64,000 nucleotides of DNA from Pseudomonadota bacterium (GTDB taxonomy: Bacteria > Pseudomonadota > Gammaproteobacteria > Steroidobacterales > Rariloculaceae), in contig JAYZFC010000002.1 in the NCBI GenBank assembly GCA_036337035.1, positions 115,051 through 179,050 on the forward strand. The letters run 5' to 3'. Every line of letters starts with the position of its first letter. Within the stretch, counting starts at the first letter, position 1. The notes under the pieces were generated by a model. The model searched no databases. It saw only the letters and a program-made list of their open reading frames with translations, and had not been told where the DNA came from. The translations under genes and the position numbers were made by a program. Below, piece by piece: positions 51,043-61,000 of the stretch.

Positions 51043-51894
51043 ATGTTTTCGAAAATATTTAATTCTCTTATTTTACTAGCTGTTGTTTCTAATATTGCCT
51101 CAGGACAACCAGAACCAAGAATCAACCCAAGAAATGATTTAAGCCTTATGGCGAAAGAGCCTTTTCAAGTGTTTGATAATCTTTTTTTTGTTGGTCAAGG
51201 AGAAGTAGCTAGCTATGTTATAGAGACTAGTGATGGTTTAATTTTGATAGATACAATGTGGGATAATGATGGCTATACAGAATACTTACTAGATAACATA
51301 ATAAAAGTCGGTCTAGAACCAAAAAATATAAAATATGTTCTGATATTGCAAGGTCATAGAGACCATTATGGAGGTGCTCCTGCTTTACAAAAAATTCTTC
51401 ATGCTCAATTTGGTGCAGCAGAGGAAGACTGGCTAATGATTGAAAAAGATTTTGGAGAATATGCACCTACAAGAGATTTTGTTATCAAAGAAGGGGATGA
51501 GTTAACGCTTGGAAATACAACGCTTGCTTTTGAAATTACTCCTGGACACACACCTGGTACGGTGTCTATTAGATTTTCTGTTTTTGATAATGGAAAAGAG
51601 CATAAAGCCTATCTTCATGGAGGGCCTGCTTTGAGAACAGATGATCTCGATATTATGCGAGAGTTTTTAGCTGACCTTGAAAGAATAAAGTTAATTCCAG
51701 AGATAGAGGTACAGATCAGCAATCACTATGATATTCATGCGAGTACTTCTGATGATTTATTTGGCCGAGCAGAAAAACTAAAAAATAGAAAATCTGATGA
51801 ACCTCATCCATGGGTAGCACCAGATGAATTTCAACTATGGTTAGATGAATTAATTCTTGATACAAAAAATAGAATTTCAGATAGCTCTAACTAA
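51043..51894 (+). CDS. Exported subclass B3-like metallo-beta-lactamase-fold protein
   Basis: EPFQVFDNLFFVG, GLILIDT, QGHRDHYGG, TPGHTPG, SNH. Confidence 0.8.
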   Translation: MFSKIFNSLILLAVVSNIASGQPEPRINPRNDLSLMAKEPFQVFDNLFFVGQGEVASYVIETSDGLILIDTMWDNDGYTEYLLDNIIKVGLEPKNIKYVLILQGHRDHYGGAPALQKILHAQFGAAEEDWLMIEKDFGEYAPTRDFVIKEGDELTLGNTTLAFEITPGHTPGTVSIRFSVFDNGKEHKAYLHGGPALRTDDLDIMREFLADLERIKLIPEIEVQISNHYDIHASTSDDLFGRAEKLKNRKSDEPHPWVAPDEFQLWLDELILDTKNRISDSSN

Positions 51895-52993
51895 GCGCTT
51901 TTAACAAATAAGGAATACTTATATCGAGTCTATAATCTATTCCCGAGTGTGTACCATCAAACTCTTCATAGATATGCGGTATCTTAAGATGCTGCATTTT
52001 TTTTGACAGGATCCTTGTTCCATAATGAATGTGGTACTGATCTTTCCAGCCACAATCAATGAAAATACCTCTAAGTTTTTTTAGATTATGTTTATACTGA
52101 TTTACAAGGTTTATAGGATCATGTTTTAACCATTGCTTCCAACGCATAGGTATTATTTCACCAGTCTCTAAGTTGAATGGTAATCTAAAATTATTAGCCA
52201 CAGAAATATCTGGATCATAAGTAGCAGCCATTGCTAAATTCATCAAACAATGCAAATCATCAGAAGTTAGTTTTTGTTTTTTCCATACATGCTTTAGAAA
52301 ACTCTTTACTCTGCCATCATCTATTCCATCTAGTAAAATATTTGATTTAGAGTTTAAATTGATTCTTCCATTGCTCCTCTTTCTTCCTGTAAAGTTACCT
52401 AAATGAGTAAGTGTTTTTGGCCACTCAGATCTATAAACAAAATCAAAATAGGAATCCCCAGAATGATTTGCTATTGCGCCCCAATAACGAGAATATTTCA
52501 TACCATGAATCATTGCTCCATAGCCTCCTGACGACTTACCGAAACAACCGCGATGGTCTCTTGAAGCTTTTGTTCTAAATTCTTTATCAATTAATGGGAT
52601 TAGTTCTTTAGTCAAATAATCAGCATACGGCCCAATTGCTGGTGAATTAACATACTGATTTCCACCTAAAGAAGTAAAACAATCTGGAAAAACAATAATA
52701 AAAGGCTCTAATTTTTTCTCATGCAATAAGCGAGCTGCTCTTTCTGGAATATTTTCATCAAAATTTTTCCAGTTTGTATGAGACTTTCCCGAACCAGCAT
52801 AACCAGCTAAATCAAACAAGACAGGAAATCTCTTTCCCATCTTAATGCCCTTTGACTGATCATATTGAGGAGGAAGCCAAACATCTATCTGTCTAGAACT
52901 AGGATCACCTAAAGGATTCTCTGACAAAAGTTTTGAATCAAACTCTATAGATATAGTCCTACCTGATGATTTAATAAAATTCTTCTTAGCCAT
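51887..52993 (-). CDS. Alpha/beta hydrolase, enterochelin esterase (Fes)-like
   Basis: NPLGDP, VWLPP, GKSSGG nucleophile elbow, DCG..D, EEFDGTH. Confidence 0.85.
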   Translation of the reverse strand: MAKKNFIKSSGRTISIEFDSKLLSENPLGDPSSRQIDVWLPPQYDQSKGIKMGKRFPVLFDLAGYAGSGKSHTNWKNFDENIPERAARLLHEKKLEPFIIVFPDCFTSLGGNQYVNSPAIGPYADYLTKELIPLIDKEFRTKASRDHRGCFGKSSGGYGAMIHGMKYSRYWGAIANHSGDSYFDFVYRSEWPKTLTHLGNFTGRKRSNGRINLNSKSNILLDGIDDGRVKSFLKHVWKKQKLTSDDLHCLMNLAMAATYDPDISVANNFRLPFNLETGEIIPMRWKQWLKHDPINLVNQYKHNLKKLRGIFIDCGWKDQYHIHYGTRILSKKMQHLKIPHIYEEFDGTHSGIDYRLDISIPYLLKALS

Positions 52994-53004
52994 TTCTCAA
53001 AAAA

Positions 53005-53484
53005 TTATTTATCCCAATCTTCTACTGGTGTTTCTGGATCAGTCATAAATCCCGCTTCCTTAATTGCAGATATTGCAACAAATTCATCTCTCTCTGAAGT
53101 ATCGCCGCTCACTCCAACAGATCCGATGACATTCTTCTTATCATCTAAAATGAGGACCCCGCCTGCAGCTGTTGCAAATTTTCCATCAGAAATACTCGAT
53201 AAAGCTGTTGCAAAAACTGGTTTTGTGCTGAGCCCAATACCTATTCCTCTTGAAGAGCAGCCCATTCCTAAAGCACCATATGCCTTAGCAATTGAGATTT
53301 CAATCCTAATGATTCCAGCTCCATCTTCTCTTTGCGAAGAAACTTGATGCCCCCCAGAATCAAGAACAACAATAGCTAAAGGGCTAATGTTGTGTTTGCG
53401 AGCAATCTTAAAGCCCTCACTAACAATTTTGTTAGCTTTTTCTAGTGTTAATAATACTTTTAACGGATTGTGATTATAAGCCAT
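53005..53484 (-). CDS. GlcG/HbpS family heme-binding protein
   Basis: VVLDSGG, REDGA, AKAYGA, GGV, GSVGVSGDTS..DE. Confidence 0.9.
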   Translation of the reverse strand: MAYNHNPLKVLLTLEKANKIVSEGFKIARKHNISPLAIVVLDSGGHQVSSQREDGAGIIRIEISIAKAYGALGMGCSSRGIGIGLSTKPVFATALSSISDGKFATAAGGVLILDDKKNVIGSVGVSGDTSERDEFVAISAIKEAGFMTDPETPVEDWDK

Positions 53485-53540
53485 ACAAATACCTCCAAAG
53501 TAATGTTATTATCCACGGCCTGAGCAAATAAGGAAAGCTA

Positions 53541-55559
53541 ATGATTGAAGCATTTTTATCGGGCCTAGGGCTAATATTCCAGTTAGATGTAATTGGTTAT
53601 TTTATTGTAGGCTGTTTAGTTGGTATTTGGCTTGGAGCGATACCTGGTCTTGGGGGAGCAATAGGCCTTGTTCTTCTTCTCCCATTTACATTCAGTATGG
53701 AACCAATTGCGGCTTTTGCTCTATTAATCTCTTCTTGGGCATCAACTTCAACTAGTGGAGCAATTACCTCTATTCTTTTAGGTATACCTAGTACAGCTGC
53801 TTCACAAGCTACCGTCGTAGATGGCTATCCGTTAGCTAAAAAAGGGGAGTCAGCAAGGGCTTTAGGTGCTGCATTTACATCATCTGCCATTGGTGGTGTT
53901 TTTGGTGCAGCTGCACTCGGTTTTTCGCTGCCTTTGATACTTCCAATCATTCTTGCTTTTGAATCACCTGAAACTTTTATGCTAGGTGTACTTGGTTTAA
54001 CTATGGTTGGTTCTCTTGCAGGTAGCTCAATTTTAAAAGGCATAACAGCAGCTATGCTTGGTTTGCTACTTGCACTTATAGGTTTTCCTGAATCTCTAGC
54101 AATACCTCGTTATACATTTGGAACTTTATATTTACTAGACGAACTTCCTCTAATACCGGTTTTGCTAGGGTTGTTTGCAATACCTGAAATAATGGAATTA
54201 GCAATAAAAAATATCTCTATTACAAGAACTGGAGAAGCTTCTGATACTCGCACTGGATTAATGCAAGGAGTTAATGATGCACTGAAACGATGGTGGTTAA
54301 TCATTCGTTGTAGCGTTATTGGTGCCTATATTGGCATGTTACCTGGATTGGGTGCTTCAATAGTTGGTTGGGTAACATATGGTCATGCCAAACAAAGCTC
54401 TAAAGATCAATCGGAATTTGGTAATGGAGACATTAGAGGTGTCCTTGCCCCTGAAGCTGCTAATAATGCATTAAGAGGTGGCGCACTTATTCCTACTCTT
54501 ACCATGGGTATACCTGGAAGCGTTGGAACAGCGGTTTTAATGGGTGCCCTACTAATGCTTGGTCTCAGACCAGGACCATCAATGCTAGATGAAAATCTAA
54601 ACATGACTTTTAGTTTTGTTTGGATGATCGCAATTGCAAGTGTAATAGCGACTTTAATCCTGCTAGGTTTGATTAGGTACGTTGTCAAATTAGCACTAAT
54701 GCCAGGACACCTAATAGTCCCTGGTGTTGTGCTATTTATATTTATGGGTGCCTGGCTAGGAGGTGCTTCTCTTGGTGATTGGATAAGTTGCGCTCTATTT
54801 GGCGTAGTAGGATTTTTAATGAAGAAAGGTAACTGGCCTAGGCCTCCAGTTGTTTTAGCTCTTGTTCTAGGTGGAATACTTGAAGGATACTACCAAATTA
54901 GTGTTAGAGTTTATCAAGGAGTAGGATGGCTGAATCGACCGATTGTTATCGGTTTAATTATTATTACTATCATAACATTATTTTTTGCAGCTCGTGGATA
55001 TAACAAAAAAGATAATCAATCAGAAAAAAATACTAAGACAAAAAATAAAAATCCATTAGTTTCTCTTTTTATCTCTTTAGGACTAATGATTATCTTTGCG
55101 ATAGCAGCAATTGCTTCCTTAGAATGGCCACCTCCAGTTAGGCAGATACCACTATTAGTGTGTATTCCAGCAACAATACTTTCAGCAATTCTAGCTTTTT
55201 CTGATTTTAAAAAAGTTCTAGAAGAAAAAAATGAGATGGGTGACTGGAAAGTAGTTTTTAATAACTCTTATAAAAATGCTTGGATTGGCAAAGCCTTAGT
55301 TTTCTTTGGATATCTCGCTGGAATAATTATTACGACTATTTTAGTTGGACAAAAAATTGCTCTTCCTCTTTTTATTGGCATTTATTTAATAAGATGGGGA
55401 AACTATAGTAAAAAATTAGCTATTAGTTATGCGGCAGCATGCTGGGGGATTGTTGTTTTATTTTATGGTGAAATAATGGGTATTCTATTTTATCCATCTC
55501 TTCTAGGTGTATGGGTTCAAGATAATATTAGTGGTATACCTGATTGGTTAATATTTTAA
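53541..55559 (+). CDS. Tripartite tricarboxylate transporter TctA with C-terminal TctB-like extension
   Basis: GAIPGLGG, ATVVDGYPLAKKG, GLFAIPE, APEAANNA, IPTL..GIPG; about 170 extra residues with about 4 TM helices. Confidence 0.88.
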   Translation: MIEAFLSGLGLIFQLDVIGYFIVGCLVGIWLGAIPGLGGAIGLVLLLPFTFSMEPIAAFALLISSWASTSTSGAITSILLGIPSTAASQATVVDGYPLAKKGESARALGAAFTSSAIGGVFGAAALGFSLPLILPIILAFESPETFMLGVLGLTMVGSLAGSSILKGITAAMLGLLLALIGFPESLAIPRYTFGTLYLLDELPLIPVLLGLFAIPEIMELAIKNISITRTGEASDTRTGLMQGVNDALKRWWLIIRCSVIGAYIGMLPGLGASIVGWVTYGHAKQSSKDQSEFGNGDIRGVLAPEAANNALRGGALIPTLTMGIPGSVGTAVLMGALLMLGLRPGPSMLDENLNMTFSFVWMIAIASVIATLILLGLIRYVVKLALMPGHLIVPGVVLFIFMGAWLGGASLGDWISCALFGVVGFLMKKGNWPRPPVVLALVLGGILEGYYQISVRVYQGVGWLNRPIVIGLIIITIITLFFAARGYNKKDNQSEKNTKTKNKNPLVSLFISLGLMIIFAIAAIASLEWPPPVRQIPLLVCIPATILSAILAFSDFKKVLEEKNEMGDWKVVFNNSYKNAWIGKALVFFGYLAGIIITTILVGQKIALPLFIGIYLIRWGNYSKKLAISYAAACWGIVVLFYGEIMGILFYPSLLGVWVQDNISGIPDWLIF

Positions 55560-55580
55560 AAAATCCCTAAACCAATTTGA

Positions 55581-56675
55581 CTAAAATCCATTATTTTTTG
55601 AAATTTGCCTTTCGATATACTCTTTTACTTCAGGCTTTACTTCCGCTGTGGCAGAAAAAATATCTTCTTGTCTTTCATAATCAACTGCCTCAGGAGTATA
55701 ACTTAGGATCCGAGTTGCCTCATCAATAAATGCGGGTGAAGACATCATAGGTCCAAGTACATTTCTAATTTCTTCAATAGCTTGCCTATTCATTCTAGGT
55801 GGTCCTAAAAAAACATGCTGCATAGTTTGATCAATCTCAAGCATAGTTTTAATTGCATCCCAATTTATTCCTGAAGGTTCAATTCCATTAATCTCAGTAT
55901 ATAGTTCATTAATTGTTGGAATATCTGGAACGAGTTGGCTTTTGACTAAATTACCCTCATTATCAATTAAAGGAAGAGAAAATAGAGGGGCATTTAAATC
56001 CTGCTGCTCTAGAAGCGGAACTGCTTCATTCAAATATGCATGAGCTGCATCAGTTGCCATGTTAACTTCACCACTCAACACAGCTGCTCTAATTCTTCCA
56101 CTTCCAGGATAGCCTCCAACAAAATGGTAATTTACACCAAGCAAATCTAAACCTAATGTACTAGCAATCATCCTGCCATGCTCAGCAGAAATACCACCAA
56201 AAACTAGATCCTCGGCTTTTAATACATCACTTGGCTGCTGAATACCTCCATCAAGCATATCCTTTCTTGTATAAGTTACTAAAGGTGCTAACTGTACCCC
56301 TCCTAAAGGAGTAAATTGGCTATATTTGAAAGAATGTCCAGGAAATTCCAGAAGTTCTCCAAGAGAAGATCGTGGTCCGTAATAAAGAGTTGTTCCATCT
56401 CTTGGAGCTTTAAGTAAAACATAGATGTGTGCAGATATCATTGAAGCGCCTGGCATATTTCTTACTATTACAGTTGGATTTCCTGGCAAATTTAATTCCA
56501 AATGCTTAGCCATTAAGCGACCTACAGTAGTTCCACCAGCTGAAGCGTCTAAGCCCATAATTAAAGTTATTGTTTCACCTTCATAATATCCCTCAGCTGA
56601 CGAATAATGAATCGGTAAAAGAAAACACACAATAAAGAAAATCTTTTTTATAACATCCTTATTAATCTTAATCAT
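55581..56675 (-). CDS. Tripartite tricarboxylate transporter substrate-binding protein (TctC/Bug-like)
   Basis: Signal peptide; AGG...GRL.AKHL, GNPTVIVRNMPGA, DGTT, GYPGSG, A..SGEV. Confidence 0.82.
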   Translation of the reverse strand: MIKINKDVIKKIFFIVCFLLPIHYSSAEGYYEGETITLIMGLDASAGGTTVGRLMAKHLELNLPGNPTVIVRNMPGASMISAHIYVLLKAPRDGTTLYYGPRSSLGELLEFPGHSFKYSQFTPLGGVQLAPLVTYTRKDMLDGGIQQPSDVLKAEDLVFGGISAEHGRMIASTLGLDLLGVNYHFVGGYPGSGRIRAAVLSGEVNMATDAAHAYLNEAVPLLEQQDLNAPLFSLPLIDNEGNLVKSQLVPDIPTINELYTEINGIEPSGINWDAIKTMLEIDQTMQHVFLGPPRMNRQAIEEIRNVLGPMMSSPAFIDEATRILSYTPEAVDYERQEDIFSATAEVKPEVKEYIERQISKNNGF

Positions 56676-56696
56676 TTTTTTAAATCTCCCTTAAAA

Positions 56697-57308
56697 TTAT
56701 TTGGGCCTATCCATGCTAAATGAATTATCTACAACAGTATATTCTTTATATCCAAGTCTTGCTAGCGGCTTGATCTTTACAGTATCAACAAAACCATCTT
56801 TAATTACTTCATCTTTAATATGAACTCCAACAACCTCTCCTAAAACTAAAATATTTTTAGAATTATCTGGCGCTTTTGGTAACTCAATGCATTTCCATGT
56901 TTTACACTCTAAGTTTATTGGCGACTCTAAAACTCTTGGAGCTTTTACAATCTCAGAATCTGTTCTAGTTAATTTAGAGTAATAAAACTCATCCTCTTCT
57001 CTTTTTAATGACTTAGAGCTCATATTCATAGCTTCTCTTGTATCCCAAGTAGCCATATTATAAACAAACTCTCCAGTTTCTTTGGCATTAAGGGCACTAT
57101 CTTTTATATCTCCATCAAGATGAAAGCCACTGCAACTATACATCACAATTGGAGGAGAAATACTTACTAAATTAAAATGACTAAATGGAGCAAGATTGAT
57201 AAGTCCCGATCTACTCAGTGTTGATATCCATCCAATTGGTCGCGGTACAACACACGCCTGTAGAGGGTTTCTTGTAAGCCCATGTCCATCTTGTGGTTTA
57301 TAAAACAT
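56697..57308 (-). CDS. Flavin reductase family protein (DIM6/NTAB)
   Basis: VPRPIGWIST, NLAPFS.FN, KDS..N..ETGEFV.N, SPINLEC, LARLGY. Confidence 0.92.
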   Translation of the reverse strand: MFYKPQDGHGLTRNPLQACVVPRPIGWISTLSRSGLINLAPFSHFNLVSISPPIVMYSCSGFHLDGDIKDSALNAKETGEFVYNMATWDTREAMNMSSKSLKREEDEFYYSKLTRTDSEIVKAPRVLESPINLECKTWKCIELPKAPDNSKNILVLGEVVGVHIKDEVIKDGFVDTVKIKPLARLGYKEYTVVDNSFSMDRPK

Positions 57309-57323
57309 TTCTAAAAAAATACC

Positions 57324-58571
57324 TCAAATAAACCTTTGTAATGCAACAAATGAGAAAAAAACTAATGTACCAAATAATAATAAAGTCGTAATTGCTTTAT
57401 TTTTATTTTTTTTACCAACCCAATCAGATCTGCCATTCATAACAAGTAAAGCAAAAGCTAAAAATGGGAAAAATAAAGCTCCAGTTATAGTATAAATCTT
57501 TTGAATCTCTTGATAAGTAAAGAATAAACCAATCATAGGTACAAATGTTATGGCATATAAAAAATATATATATAATTTTGATGAAGAATCTACATCCTGA
57601 TTATAGTTTTTTTTCTTATTTAAAGATGCAAGATTATAAGAGTTAGCAAATAGATATGGTACTGACTGCCAAACACCTAAAAGGCTACTAAATACTGTTC
57701 CAGTAGCACCAATTAGGAAAATCCAGCTCCCAACTTCACCAATAGAATCTTTTAATGTTTCTGATAAATTGATTAATAAAGATGCCCCACTCCCACTAAT
57801 TGTAACTGTGCTGCCAACAATAACCATACATATACCAAATAAAGCAGTCATAGCCCATCCAACTCCTAAATCAACTCTACACATCGATAAATTATTTAGT
57901 TCAACTTTATCTTCCTCTCTTAACCAGTAACCATAAGATAAAACAGAAAGCGTGCCTCCGACACCACCAATCAAAGCAATCGTCCATGTTAAACTTTCAC
58001 CTTTTAAACTAGTTATATTTGGTACAAAAAGTCCTTTAAGTATCTCACCAGTGCCAGGCCAAATTAAAATTGCAGTTATTACTATAGTAATAAACATAAC
58101 AGAAACAAAAAAACGCATTAGTTTCTCAAATAATAAATAACCTCCTTTAATCACCAATAAAAGGCCAACTAAACTACTTAAGATTGCAAAAAAATTTTTT
58201 CCTGTTTCAGGGTTTTCAAAGATTGGAAAAATTGCATAAAGCGCAATACCGCAAGAACTCATCATTGCCAAACCAACAAAAAAAGACCAGAGCAAAAGAT
58301 AAGGAATAAACAGCCAAATTATATAAGGGCCAAAATGATGTCTAACTCCTTCAAGAAACGTCTCTCCTGTAGCTAACTGCCACCTAGCTAAACCCTCTGT
58401 AATGATAAATTTCATCAAAGATCCAAGGATAACTGCCCAAAGAATTGATGTACCAACAAGACTGCCAACAATAGAGCCCGTTGCCATATCTGCTCCTCCA
58501 ACACCTGTTGCTGCCAATAACAAGCCTGGACCTATCATTAAAATAGGAAATCTTTTAATCTTCTGACTCAA
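57324..58571 (-). CDS. NRAMP-like (APC superfamily) transporter
   Basis: GPGLLLAATGVGGAD, EGLARWQLATG, GGVGG; about 11 TM helices. Confidence 0.8.
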   Translation of the reverse strand: MSQKIKRFPILMIGPGLLLAATGVGGADMATGSIVGSLVGTSILWAVILGSLMKFIITEGLARWQLATGETFLEGVRHHFGPYIIWLFIPYLLLWSFFVGLAMMSSCGIALYAIFPIFENPETGKNFFAILSSLVGLLLVIKGGYLLFEKLMRFFVSVMFITIVITAILIWPGTGEILKGLFVPNITSLKGESLTWTIALIGGVGGTLSVLSYGYWLREEDKVELNNLSMCRVDLGVGWAMTALFGICMVIVGSTVTISGSGASLLINLSETLKDSIGEVGSWIFLIGATGTVFSSLLGVWQSVPYLFANSYNLASLNKKKNYNQDVDSSSKLYIYFLYAITFVPMIGLFFTYQEIQKIYTITGALFFPFLAFALLVMNGRSDWVGKKNKNKAITTLLLFGTLVFFSFVALQRFI

Positions 58572-58598
58572 ATAAATTATATTAAATAAATTAATAAA

Positions 58599-59525
58599 CT
58601 AAAGGCCATCGCTCACTTCAGCATCTTCAGGGCTTAACTCTAAACCTGATGCTTTAGCCTGCTCTTCTAGTAAAACTAAGAAATCAGTATGGTCATGGCC
58701 TGCATCAATAGTTCTCTGAACCATTTCTCGAGTAGTAGCAGTTACCGGCAAATCTACTCCAAGGCTTTCTCCAGCTTTTAAGCCTAAGTCTAAATCTTTT
58801 CTTAAAAGCGCTGGAGTAAATGTTGGTGTCATATCTAGAGTAACAAATGCTGGTGTCTTGTATTGAGAAAACATTGATCCCATAACACTATTATTTATAA
58901 AATCCATTGTGGCATGACGAGGAACTCCGCCTTTCTCAGCAAGAACTGTAATTTCAGCCAAACATTGAGAATAGACACCTAACAAGAGGTTATGACAAAT
59001 CTTAACCATTCTTGCTAGTTCTCCTTCTCCAACATAGGTAACACCTCTTCCAATTTTATCAAGGTAAGGCTCAGCCATATCAAAAGATTCTTTAGGTCCA
59101 GATGCAACAATAGTTAACTTACCAGCTTTAACAACCTTACCGTTTCCGCTAACAGGTGCAGCTAACATATCTACTCCTAATTCACTTAACTTTGTTCTTA
59201 CATCAGCAGATGCTTCTTCTGACACACTAGAACAATCTACAAGCATTTTTGGCAATGAATCATTCGTAAATAAACCATTATCTCCAAAAGTCACTGATAA
59301 CAAATCATCTGAGGTTGAAACCATTGTAAAAACAATATCTCTATCGCTTAACTCTCCTGGAACATCAACAAGTTTTGCCCCTATCTTTTCTAATGGTTCC
59401 GCTTTGCTCTTTGTGCGATTATAGATAGAAACATCACAACCAGCCTCTATTAGTCTCTTCGCCATAGGAAAACCCATACGACCTACGCCTATCCAGCCAA
59501 TTGTATAACCTTTTAAATCTGACAT
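58599..59525 (-). CDS. NAD(P)-dependent beta-hydroxyacid dehydrogenase (3-hydroxyisobutyrate dehydrogenase/tartronate semialdehyde reductase family)
   Basis: GWIGVGRMG, APVSG, KICHN, KDL.L. Confidence 0.88.
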   Translation of the reverse strand: MSDLKGYTIGWIGVGRMGFPMAKRLIEAGCDVSIYNRTKSKAEPLEKIGAKLVDVPGELSDRDIVFTMVSTSDDLLSVTFGDNGLFTNDSLPKMLVDCSSVSEEASADVRTKLSELGVDMLAAPVSGNGKVVKAGKLTIVASGPKESFDMAEPYLDKIGRGVTYVGEGELARMVKICHNLLLGVYSQCLAEITVLAEKGGVPRHATMDFINNSVMGSMFSQYKTPAFVTLDMTPTFTPALLRKDLDLGLKAGESLGVDLPVTATTREMVQRTIDAGHDHTDFLVLLEEQAKASGLELSPEDAEVSDGL

Positions 59526-59552
59526 ATTTACACCTCTATTTTTTTATTATAA

Positions 59553-60980
59553 TTACCATTCAACCGCAATATATTTTTTTTCCATATATTCCATCATTCC
59601 ATCATGTGAACCTTCTCTTCCCAAACCACTTTGCTTGGTTCCACCAAAAGGAGCTGCTGGATCAGATACTAGGCCTCTATTCAAACCAATCATACCTGCA
59701 TCTAAACGCTCTGAAATAGCTAAGCCTCGACCGCTATCTTTTGTATAAAGATAAGATACTAAACCATATTCAGTATTATTAGCCAAGTCCACTACTTCAT
59801 CATCTTCTGTAAAACTAACTATCGGAGCAACCGGCCCAAACACTTCTTCTTTAAGTATCTTTGCATCGGTAGAAACATTTGCGAGAACTGTTGGAGGATA
59901 ATAGTAGCCCAATTGATCAAGAGGGGCTCCACCTGCTAAAACTTCAGCACCCTTATTCTTAGCATCCTGAACTAATACATCAATATCTTTAATTGCCCAC
60001 TCATTAACCATAGGGCCTAGCTCAACGCCTGGTTCTAGACCTGGCCCTACTTTCATTGCTGACATAGCTGAAGAAAACTTTTCGGAAAATTCTTGGTGCA
60101 CTTTATCATGCACATAAAACCTATTAGCAGCAGTACAGGCTTCTCCGCCATTTCTCATTTTAGCAATCATAGCTCCAGAAACTGCATCATCAATATCTGC
60201 ATCATCAAAAACAAGGAAAGGTGCATTACCACCTAATTCCATAGAACAATTCACTACACAATCAGAAGCCTCTTTAAGTAAATTTCTACCGACTTCTGTA
60301 GAGCCAGTAAATGAAAGTTTCCTGACAAGCGGGTTATGAAGCATAGCACTAACAATTTCTCCTGATCTTCTTGAGGGAATAACATTCATAACTCCATCTG
60401 GTATGCCTGCTTCAGCTAGAATTTCTGCAACTAGTAATGCAGTTAATGGCGTATCAGAGGCCGGCTTTAAAATTACAGGACAACCGGCAGCTATAGCTGG
60501 TGCTATTTTTCTTGTTGCCATTGCAGCAGGGTAGTTCCAAGGTGTAACTAAAATACTTACTCCAATTGGCTGTTGAAGAACAACAATCTTATTGCCCCCA
60601 GCTGGAGAAGTGAGTATCTCCCCATAGTTCCTAACAGCTTCTTCTGAATACCATCTAAAAAACTCTATTGCGTAATTCGTTTCACCTATAGCATCTGGAA
60701 GAGCCTTGCCATTCTCTCTTACAATATATTCAGCTATATCATCTCTTCTAGAAGAAAGTAGCTCCCACGCTTTTCTTAAAACTTCAGCACGATCTCTCGG
60801 AGAGCGCTTAGCCCATTCTTTACCTGCTGTATCTGCAATCTTTATGGCTCTATTGGCATCATCTATAGTTGCGCTCGAAACTTCAGCAATTGGCTTTTCG
60901 GTAGATGGATCAATAATCGGAAAAGTAGCATCATCTGAAGCCTTACACCATTGACCGCCGATAAATAATTCTGTTTTCAT
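59553..60980 (-). CDS. NAD(P)-dependent succinate-semialdehyde dehydrogenase family aldehyde dehydrogenase
   Basis: TPWNYP, FTGST, ELGGNAP, GEAC, EEVFGP, PFGG.KQSG.GREG. Confidence 0.9.
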   Translation of the reverse strand: MKTELFIGGQWCKASDDATFPIIDPSTEKPIAEVSSATIDDANRAIKIADTAGKEWAKRSPRDRAEVLRKAWELLSSRRDDIAEYIVRENGKALPDAIGETNYAIEFFRWYSEEAVRNYGEILTSPAGGNKIVVLQQPIGVSILVTPWNYPAAMATRKIAPAIAAGCPVILKPASDTPLTALLVAEILAEAGIPDGVMNVIPSRRSGEIVSAMLHNPLVRKLSFTGSTEVGRNLLKEASDCVVNCSMELGGNAPFLVFDDADIDDAVSGAMIAKMRNGGEACTAANRFYVHDKVHQEFSEKFSSAMSAMKVGPGLEPGVELGPMVNEWAIKDIDVLVQDAKNKGAEVLAGGAPLDQLGYYYPPTVLANVSTDAKILKEEVFGPVAPIVSFTEDDEVVDLANNTEYGLVSYLYTKDSGRGLAISERLDAGMIGLNRGLVSDPAAPFGGTKQSGLGREGSHDGMMEYMEKKYIAVEW

Positions 60981-61000
60981 TAAATTCAGTCCTAATTAAA

